Of a DNA stretch of 64,000 bases, positions 53,561 to 64,000 are shown piece by piece (the first letter of the stretch is position 1; each line of letters starts with the position of its first letter). Below the pieces are notes generated by a model. It ran no database searches and was not told the DNA's origin. It worked only from the letters and a program-made list of their open reading frames with translations. The stretch is taken from assembly GCF_009914755.1 (NCBI RefSeq), contig NC_060926.1; one strand, 5' to 3'. Both the position numbers and the translations under genes were made by a program. Origin of the DNA: the human T2T-CHM13v2.0 reference genome, Homo sapiens.

Positions 53561-55024
53561 GGGCTGTTCTGCTTCTCTCTGAAATATCTGCAGGGCTCAC
53601 TCAATTTTTGTTCCAGCATTTTGGGGTATGAATTCTCTCTATTACTCTCAATAGCAACCACTAGGTGTTTGACTCCTTGAGGATTCATATTTCAAAGTTA
53701 AAATGTCTTAAGATTTTTCCTCTGAATTTCAGTAATAGATTCAGACAGATTACCCCAATCTCCTAAATCCTGCTGTGCACTATGACATGTACATTTTCAG
53801 TATCTGCATTGTGCCAAAATAATCCAATCTGGTGAAGTTATCTGATTATTTACACAATAACAAATGAAACTGTATTCGGTGCCACACAGTACAGGAAAAA
53901 CTCTGTTTTTCTAGGTGCCATCTTTCACTCAGTTATGGAAACAATCTTACTATCAACCCACTCAAATTTCCTATCTCGGAATGTGAACAGATTAATGATC
54001 AGGAACAATATCTAGTAAAGGAAACATTATGTTCTAAGTTACTTCATCTTAAAAAACACATATATTTGAATAAGTAAAATTATAGATTAAAAAGCTTTTT
54101 CTTAAATAGAAATGTCTTTTTATAGCATCCTCTACCATGCTATTTCAGCCTTGAACTGAAGAGAGTCTCTTAGAGAAGTGGATCTTTAACAACTTGATTT
54201 AACTCACAGCTAAGAATGATTTACAACTAGTATATCAATTATTCATATACAAATATTTTTAGGCTACACGGAATATGTGTACAATTTGTCAAATAAGCAG
54301 TTCAATTTCCTTATAAGATAAATATGCTTAGCAAATTATTTTCTCATAAAGCAAAGGTAAAATTAAGCTGAACCCTTGCTGACTTATCAAAAATGTGAAT
54401 TAGGAGGGCCCAAATTAGTTTTTCCTGTAGCCTTATAAACAGTATCTAATAGTTTTATAATCATGTGATATTTAATATCCACATATTTGCATATAAATTA
54501 CTCTCTAACATACAGTTAATATTTATATGCAAGGACTACTGAAAAATGTAGGGAATGTTAAAAGCAGCAATAAAATACATCTATTGTTTGAAAAAGTGTT
54601 TCTCCTAAGACTGCATCAATGAGTTCCATATTAAGTTTTCTTAGTTTATGCTTCCCAATGATATTTCTCCTACTGTTCTAATGTCATAAGTGTAACGGGC
54701 CAACTGCAAATCAAACCAGGTTTATTTTACCTCTAGTCACTAACTCTAAAGAAAAATTTTGGAGTCAGAGTTTACCTGACAACTTTCAGATGATGCATGA
54801 AGCAGTCTAGTATACCGCCTTTAATTTCCCTTCACTATTCAGGCTGTAGTATTGAGAGCAAAGGCCGAGTATGTCTACATTCAAACAGAAAATATGTAAA
54901 AGGATAATCACCTCACAGCATGGAAAGTCTAGTTGATGGGCAATGTAAACTGCATGCCTCCCAACACTTGGGGCTAGAGCATTTCTAACTATCGGGAAGG
55001 AATTGAAAGATTGTGGCATAACAC

Positions 55025-55465
55025 CTGGTAGGGTGGGTTGAATTGTGTCTTCCCAAAAGATATGTCAAAGTCCTAACTCCTGGTAGCTGTTGAATGTAAC
55101 CTAATTTGGAAAAAGGGTCTTTGCAGGTGTAATCAAGTTAAGATGAGGTCACACTGAATTAGTTTGGGTCCTAATCCTACATGACTGGTATCCTTGTAAG
55201 AAAAGAGAGACAGAAGATACACAGAGAGAAAGCCAGATAATTCAAGGAGAGAATGGAGTGATTCATCTATAAGCCAAGGAGCACCAAGAATTGCTGGTAA
55301 CATCAGAAGCTAAAGAAGGCATGGAACAGATTTTTCCCTAGAGACCTCACAGAGAGCATGGACCTGTTGATACTTCCCAGCTTCCAGAACTGTGAGAAAA
55401 TACATTTATTTTAAGCCACCCCGTTTGTGGTAATTTGTTACCACAGTCCTAAGAAATAATATATC
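55025..55465 (+). mobile_element. MLT1C-like MaLR LTR
   Basis: 'gggttgaattgtgtc..caaaagatatg...gtaatcaagttaagatgaggtca...ttccagaactgtgagaaaataca'. Confidence 0.9.
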
Positions 55466-55527
55466 AAGATTTCTATGACAGGCATGGCTTTCCTTTAAGT
55501 CAAAGGAGACTTCATTAAAAACACGTG

Positions 55528-55705
55528 AGCCAGGCATGGTGACTCACACCTGTAACCTCAGCTACTTGGGAGGATGAAGCAGGAAGATCACCTGATCCTA
55601 GGAGTTCAAGGTTGTAGTGATTGCACCATGGCACTCCAGCTCTGGCAACAGAAGGAGACCTCAGCCCTATATGTGTGTGTCTGTGTGTGTGTGTCTGTGT
55701 GTGTA
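55528..55705 (+). mobile_element. Alu monomer (FRAM/FLAM-like) plus (TG)n
   Basis: Single Alu arm followed by an interrupted TG repeat. Confidence 0.85.
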
Positions 55706-56422
55706 TTTGACTTGGTAATAGGTTAATATGTTAGCATCCATTAACACATCTTCCAGAAAACAGATTCTCAGAAGAAGTAAAACAAAATCAGATACACTTT
55801 TGATGAGAATAAGCATTATTACAAAGTATGGAAAATCTGTCCTAAAAGAAGTGATATAGCTGAAGTCTGACCATTGTATTCCCTATTTATTCACAGGGTA
55901 GAGTGAGGGCCTAGTAACTGGAAAAAATATATATACGTTAAATAGCAATCAGAGTGCTGGAAACACATACGTAATTTAACATTGTGTTGAGGAGTAGAGC
56001 AAAAACATTAAAACATTATTGTGATACTTCCATTAAGACCAAGGATAAGAGGAAATCGGATAAAGAAATTCATTGCATTGACTAGAAACGGACACCTTTA
56101 AACATCATAATATTCAATATTTGCTGATGTTAGAATTAAATGTAGATAACAGAACATTACTAGAAGTAGTGTTCAATAAATTGAACTAAATTATTACTTA
56201 ACATGTAATATAATGATAATATCAATACAAATGATATAGTGATAAAGAATAAATATTTATATGCTAAGAAGATCATTTGAAAACTATAATCATCTGGAAT
56301 AATTTATTTTATCTAATCCTTGCATAAAACTTCATTGAGATTTTATGTCTGCTATAGCTATTTAAGCCAAAGCCCTGAAGATAAATTACTATGGGAGAAA
56401 GCTACTCTGGAATGAAAACTCT

Positions 56423-56493
56423 TGCAATTTTAATAAAACAGAACTCATAACTGCAATTTTAATAAAACAGAACTCATAACTACAATTTTAATA
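56423..56493. repeat. 29-bp tandem duplication (~2.4 copies)
   Basis: tgcaattttaataaaacagaactcataac twice, identical, plus a partial third copy. Confidence 0.95.
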
Positions 56494-56559
56494 TGTTCTG
56501 TGAAACAATTTTTTTATCAAATTCATTTGTTTCGTTATATCCCAATGACAAAAAGGACC

Positions 56560-57095
56560 AAATTGCTCTGGGTGAGTCAGGGAATGAGTGGTGAGTGAAC
56601 GTAAAGGCCTAGGACATTATTATACATGACTATAGACTTTATAAACACTGTACAGTCTCCACTCAATTTACTAAAACACTTTTTTCTTCAATAATAAGTT
56701 AGCTTAGTGTAACTTTTTTATTGTATAAACATTTTAATTAAATTTTTTGACTCTCAAAATAATAGTTTAAAACACAAACACAATGTACAGCAGTACAAAA
56801 ATATTTTCTTTAAGCATTCTTCCATTTTTAAAATTATTTATTTTACTTTTTAACCTTTTTTGTTAAAAAAGTAGACACAAACACACACATTAGCCTAGGC
56901 CTACATAGAGTCAAGATAATATCACAGTTTTCTACCTTTATATTTTTTTCACTTTAATGTCTTCAGGCGCAATCAACATGCATGGAACTGTCATCTCCTA
57001 TGATAATAATGCCTTCTTGTGGCATACCTCCTGAACCTGCTTAAGACTGTTTTACAGTTAACTTAAAAAAATAAGTAGAAGGAGTACACTATAAT
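56560..57095 (+). mobile_element. Tigger3 (MER7/GOLEM)-like DNA transposon fragment
   Basis: 'ttgctctgggtgagtcag..gagtggtgagtgaa..aaggcctaggacatta' and 'cacattagcctaggcctaca'. Confidence 0.85.
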
Positions 57096-57509
57096 TGGAG
57101 ATGTATTCTCCATAGATCCTGGTCTGAATCCATCATGTAACGTTCTGGCAGGAATGGATGAACATGCTAGGAAACAATGCAAAATGAGCTATACAACAAA
57201 CACTGCAAAGCAAATAAAAAAGTTTATTGCCATGAAAAAGGTCAACATACCCTTGAGTAGAAAAATTATACATGGAAAAAACATTCAGAGTATTAAAGTA
57301 ATTTGAGGCCACTTTAAAGTGAATTCGTTTAAAATTTTCAAAAGGCATCTATAAAATGGCCAAGAGATTGTAAACTAATAGATGAACATGTAAAAAGAGC
57401 TAAGAATATGTTAGAAAATTAGAATCCTTTACATTTAAAAATCAATAAATAAGTAGTAAATTAAACATAGCTGAATAAAGAATTAGTACATTTGATAATA
57501 CATTTAGGT

Positions 57510-59275
57510 ACAAATAAATGGAAAGATACTCAGTTTCCATGGATTGGAAGAAGGTCCATACTACTCAAAGAAGTCTATAGATCCAAAGCAAAATTCCAAT
57601 GACATTTTTTCAGAAATGGAAGAAACAATCCTAAAATGTGTACAAAGCCATGAAAGGTTAGGAATACCTGAAGAAATCTTGAGCAAAAGAACAAGCTGGA
57701 GGCATCACACTACCTAATATCAGAATCAGTTACAAGCTGTAATAATCAAAACAGCAAGGTACTGGCACAAAACCAGACATATAGACCAATGAAACAGAAT
57801 AGAGGCTCCAGAAATAAATCTATGCAATTCTCTTTTGATAATGATATTAAAAATACATATTGGAGAAAAGATAAAATTTTTAAAAGTGGTATTGGGAAAA
57901 CTGGATGTGAAGAAAAAGAAAATTAGACCCTTATCTCATACCATATTAAAAAAATCAATGGAAAATGAATTAAGGACTAAAATTTAAGGTCTGAAACTGT
58001 AAAATAACTGGAAGAAAACACATAGGAAAAGCTTTATGACATTGGTCTAAGCAATGAGTTTTTGGCAATGACCATAAAAGCCCAGGCAACAAAATCAAAA
58101 ATAGAAAAATGAAATTACATCAAACTAAAAACCTTTTTCACTGCCAAGGAAACAATCAACAGAATGCAGAGACAACTTAAAAAAATGGACAATATTTATA
58201 AACCATATTTCTAATAAGGGGTTAATATCCAAAATGTGTAAGGAATTCAAACAACTGAATAGCAAACAAACAAACAACAACAAAAAAAAAACACTTAAAA
58301 ATGCGCAAAGGTTGTGAGTAGACATTTCTCCAAAGAAGACATGTAAATAGCCAACAAATATATAGAAAGATGCACGACCTCACTAATCATCAAGGAAATG
58401 CAATTAAAACCAAAATAAGATATCACGTCACACCTGTTAGAATGGCTATTCTCAAATAGAGAAAAGATAACAACTGTTTTGTGAGGGTACAGAGAGAAGA
58501 GAATCCTTATACATTGTTGGTAGAAATGTAAATTAGCATAGCCATTATGGAAAACAGTATGGAGATTTCTCAAAAAATTAAAAATAGAACTACCTGATGA
58601 TTCAGCAAGCCCACTAGTGGGTATGTATCCAAAAGAAATGAAATCAGTATGTCAAAGAGATATCTGCACTTCCATGTTCATTGCAGCCTTATCCTCAATT
58701 GCCATGATATGGGATCAACCTAATTGTTGTCCTTCAGCAAATGAATGGATAAAGAAAATGCGGTATATACACACAATGAAATACTATTCTACCCTAAAAA
58801 AAGAAGGAAATCCTGTTATTCTCGAAAACATAGATGAACCTAGAGGAAATTATGCTAATTGAAATAAACCAGACACAGAAACAAATACCACATCCTCTCA
58901 CTTATATGTGAAATCTAAAAAGGTGAAACTCACAGAAGCAGAGAATAGAATGGTGGTTACCAGGTTTTGGGGGTTAGGAGATGGAGACTAGGGAGGTCTT
59001 GGTCAAAAGATACAAAATTTCAGTTAGACAGGAAAAATAAGTTTAAGAGATCGACTATGCAACATGGCCACTATAGCTAATAATATATTGTGTACTTAAA
59101 AATTGCTGAGATAGGTTTTAACTGCTTTTATCCCAAAAAAACAAGTGTATGAGATGGTGTGTATGTTAAATAGCTTGATTTTTGCTATTCTATAACGTAT
59201 GCATGTTTTAAAACATCACGCTGTATACCATAAATATATATAATTTTAAATTATCAATTAAAATAAATACATAAA
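57510..59275 (+). mobile_element. L1MA-type 3' portion (ORF2 C-terminus plus 3'UTR)
   Basis: YPKEMKSVCQRDICTSMFIAAL; 3'UTR 'agaatagaatggtggttaccagg...tacaaaatttcagttagacagg'. Confidence 0.93.
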
Positions 59276-61679
59276 ATCATGTAAATTTCCAGAGTGTAAC
59301 AAAATTAGGACATATGAAAGAGAAATTAGTTGTATCAAGAAACAGCAGCATATAATAAACTTCAAAGAATAGGATAATAGAAAGGATGAGAAGGTGATAA
59401 TCAAAGAGATAATGGCTCAGAATTTTTCAAAATTGAGAAAGAAGTGGCGAAAATTTGACAAAGCCCATTAGGTGCTAAGCAACATTAATAAAAATGAATC
59501 TACAATCAGCATACAAAAATAATGAAACATATTGAAAATATTTAAAAGTGAATATACAGATTTTCTATGGAGAAATAACAAGCATATTAAAAGCAGAGTT
59601 TATCTCAGCAACAATTTATCTTCGAAGACAATGGAATAATATCTTCAAAGTGTTGAGGGGAAAATGTGTTTAAATGTTGAGCTCTGTGTCCAAAGTGTTT
59701 ATTAAGGCATTTCACACACATACAATAATCAAAACAGCTCACCACTATCAAGACAGAATAAAATAAGACCTCTCTATACAAAGAAAACAAAAGTGACAGC
59801 AAAGTTAGTCTTCTTTAAACAAATAATCTCTTTTAAATAAAAAGAAAAGCTACAGTGTAAATCATTAAGATCTACAGCATTTCTATTGATCTAGAAACTA
59901 TGCTGTGAATTATTTCTTTTCACTACTAACAGAAGGTAGACATTGGGAATATTTACAACACAGGGTGTTAAGCAAAACTCTGTCTTCCCACTTATCAAGT
60001 TAAAACAGATCTTAAGACATGGAAAGTGTTCTGCATGATTGAAAGTAACAAGCTTCCTGTGCTACGTTTTCTTGACATTTAATGTTCATGATAAGAACTC
60101 GCTGCGGAAGATGAAAACATTCTGGAAATGGATAGTGGTGATGTTAATGTACTCAATGCCACTGAACTACACACATTAAAATAATAAGTTTTGCATTATG
60201 TATATTTTACTACAATAAAAAAGTTTCCAATAAAAAAGGAACTCTCAACATTTTATTTTTTATTACTAGATAAATGTGAAATTTATGTTTGTTAACATCA
60301 TAAAACATTTAGAAAAGTATAAATCAGAATATGTGGCTCATTTTTAATGTAACATTGGTTCATTAATTAAATTTATTGTAAATATTCCAGATTTCACTGA
60401 AATTTAAATTAAAACCACATTACTGGAGTTTAAGACATATGTGTGGCTGCATTTCTTTTACAAGAGCTATCATTTTTCTTTTCCTTTGTATTATAAAGAT
60501 TCCAATATGATTTATGTTATTTGTAACAATAGCTAAGAATATTGTATTCTCTTGCAGAAGTCTAAAAAAAAGCTTAAATAAAATTAACATATGTCTTAAG
60601 TGTTTGTTCTTCAATCTACCCACGGACTGTCATCGACAAGTTATTAAATGAAAAAGAAAAATAACTCCAGGCAAAAGAAGTGGGATTCTTGAGACAATGG
60701 TGAGAAAAAGATCATAAAATATATTGATAAACTTAATTAAAGGACTCTAAAATAAAAAATATGTGTGTACATATTTGGGACAAATATGTATTTGTTTGGG
60801 ACAAAATGTGAGAGTTCAAAAAAGATTAAAGTTTGTTAAGATCCCTTTCTTCAGAAAAGAAATGTATATGCAGATTTACTTTAGAATGTATTACTATTAC
60901 TGTATATTAATTAAATTTGGCTGTTTATTATTGGTAACTATTAGAAGAACAGAAAAAAATCTAACCTATATCTTTGCATATGTTAGAAATATATCAATTT
61001 TTAAATATTCTTGTATAAAATATGTATTATTCATGTATATGTTTATGTTAAAATACAAAATATTATCCAGAAACATGCACACCAAACTCACCATAGGTTG
61101 TCTCTGAAGTGGGTGCTATCAGAAAGGGTTGGTGATAGGGCTTGAAGAGAATGCTTCCTCTTACACAGTAGGGCCTTCAGTCACCTCGTTATTTTAGAAT
61201 AGGGTAAAGTACCATGAACACTTCTTTCCAGCCTGTAGGTGAGGTGGGGAAAGGAAGGAGTTAAAGGGAGGATAGCAAAAAGCCATTAGACTTGCACCTC
61301 CTGGATTTTCATCTCCAGGTTTCCACTGTTTGTTGCAGGTCAGGGGAGACAGGGTTACATCAAGCAAAATTAGGTAAGTTGAGAGCAGGGGCTAGCCTAT
61401 TACTCCAGGTTGATCTATCAAGTCTCAGGTGAGACTCTTTCGAGAGTTGCCTAGTACTAGCTTGGAGCATGATAATAACAAAAGGAACTTGGTAGGCCTT
61501 CTTAACTGGGCTGCAGCTGATCTTGACGTTTTTACTTTCCTACTTGGCTCTCCATTCCCATGTGGTGTGAGCTCTGACTTACATGCAGTGGGGCTGCCGT
61601 GACAAATCAACGTGACCCCAGAGCTGAGGCTGGGACAAAGGATACAGCTTCTGTTGGGGAAGTAAAATGAGACAACAAA

Positions 61680-62260
61680 TCAGAAAAATACTTTGGCATT
61701 TAAAATAAAAATTAAACACATGCCTACCATATCATCCAAATCATTAGGTATCTGCCCCAAACAAATGAAAGCATACATCAACAGAAAGACACATACAGAA
61801 TATTAATAGCAACTTTATTTGTAATAGCCAAACTTGAAAACAGCCCAAATGTCTATTAATCAATGAATAGTTAAACAAACTGTAGAATATTAACAATAAC
61901 GAGAAAAATTATTGGACATTCATCCACTTAAATGGGTCTTAAAACAATAGTGACAAGTGTAAGAAACCAGATTTTAAAAAAGAGTGCAAATATATTCTTA
62001 AATTTATATATAATTCTAGAAATTGAAAAACAATCTATAGTGAGAGAAGGAAAATAAATGTTTTCCTGTGAAATTGGTGGGAAATGTCATGAGGGATGGA
62101 TCTCAAAGGGCAAAAGGAAACTTGGAGATAGAAGAATTTATTATTTTGACTATGGTAATAGTAACTTGGGGTTGTACAAATGTCACAACTTTATCAAATT
62201 TTATAGTTAAATATGTACAGTTTATTATACATCAATTATATCTTCATAAGGCTGCAAAAG
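61680..62260 (+). mobile_element. L1ME-type 3' end
   Basis: 'aatagcaactttatttgtaatagccaaa' and 'tttattatacatcaattatatcttcataa'. Confidence 0.8.
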
Positions 62261-62649
62261 TACTTTTAATGAGCCAAACCCTCAGCAAAAGATAACTGAA
62301 ATTTTGAGCACTGCAGATATAAGAAAGTACACTACACTTCTAGCCTCCAATGAGAAAATGTATTCCCTTTGTTTTTCTTTTATAATTCTTTTCTTGGGTG
62401 AACCTAAGTACCATCATAATGTGTATACCATCTATATTTAAAATACAACATAATTATGCTAATACAAAAATTAATCATATCAAACATTAATCAGTGGCAA
62501 TAACTAGAGTTGATGAGTATTTGAAGAAATGGCTACTCTCATCCAATGCTGATGGTAATAACCTAGTAGAAAAAATAATGACAACACTGATCACAATTCT
62601 AGAATTCTACATTGTTGTTAACTGACTTTTGAGGTTAGACTTATGAAAT

Positions 62650-62956
<307 letters not shown>

Positions 62957-63744
62957 ACTAATGAAATAATTGTAGATGTTCATTGTAATTAAATACAAGA
63001 ATGTCCATATCATTTTGTACACACTAGTAAAATGCTGGGGGAAAATTCCATAACATAGATGGTCATTTATATGGCATTTTAAATAAATTACATACACAGT
63101 GAAATAATATACAGACAGAAAAAATAGTATTGTAGAAAAATATATAATTATTGTCCATTTCTGTGAATGTTTCCTAACACTAGTAAAAAGTATACATAAA
63201 AGTATATTTTTTCAGACTTGTTCATAATTATAAAATTTAGATACACCCTACATTTACAAGAATAGTAAAAGAAATATTGTTACAGTCAGACCATGGAATG
63301 CCAAGTCACAACTAAAAGAAAAGCAGTTTATCATCTACATTTGTACCGACTTGGAAAGATGCCCATGATGTAAAACAATACCCACACACAAACACATGAG
63401 CACATCATTCCCAAAATATTATGTATGATCCTATGATTCTATTTTACAAATGTGTGTGTATGTATCAAAGTAAGGGAAAGAGAAAGGAGACGGCTCCTAT
63501 ACTCACAGAAGTACATGTTGTAAACTGTTAATATTATCCCTGGGACTGGCTAGGTTTGGGCAAGTTTAGAGAGGTGTAAGAAATTTCACTTTTAACTTCA
63601 CTCATTTAGGTTAAGTTTGAAAACTTTTATAAAATACATGTTATTTATGATTTAAAACACAAGGAAATTAATTGGTAAAGAAGATAGCACTAGTCATGCT
63701 ATTTTTTATATAGAAAATCCACTAAACTAAATATAACATTATGG

Positions 63745-63982
<238 letters not shown>

Positions 63983-64000
63983 TGAGTAGCAATAATTGTG

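Noticed and set aside
56423-56493. 29-bp direct repeats as a CRISPR-like array
   Set aside because: No spacers and eukaryotic context; simple tandem duplication.
61339-61373. Short AG..GTAAGT-bounded segment
   Set aside because: Isolated, with no partner exon or recognisable product.

Overview
Hominoid (probably human) AT-rich genomic DNA with no intact protein-coding gene. About half is interspersed repeat: a 5'-intact L1PA7/8-type LINE, older L1PB/L1MA/L1ME pieces, about 13 Alu or Alu-monomer copies including an AluYe-like one, MLT1/MLT2 LTRs, an ERVL pol remnant, Tigger3, MER3, L2 and MIR. Most listed ORFs are repeat-derived or chance. The main observation comes from translating by eye the unique sequence between repeats from about 4.5 to 42.6 kb. 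It repeatedly shows decayed + strand, mostly phase-1, exon-sized segments with immunoglobulin V-set motifs (often with a J-like GxGT already joined), C1-set motifs, and antigen-receptor-type transmembrane motifs, in leader-V-C-TM order. I read these as about six tandem fossil genes. One is IgH-like (V plus four C1 plus an IgM-like TM), four are V-C1 units (three with a TCR-like TM candidate), and one has two V and two C domains. Together they would be a dead cluster of non-rearranging antigen-receptor-like genes. The reading needs stop-codon and frameshift repairs and has not been tested computationally, so it is a strong hypothesis rather than an established annotation.
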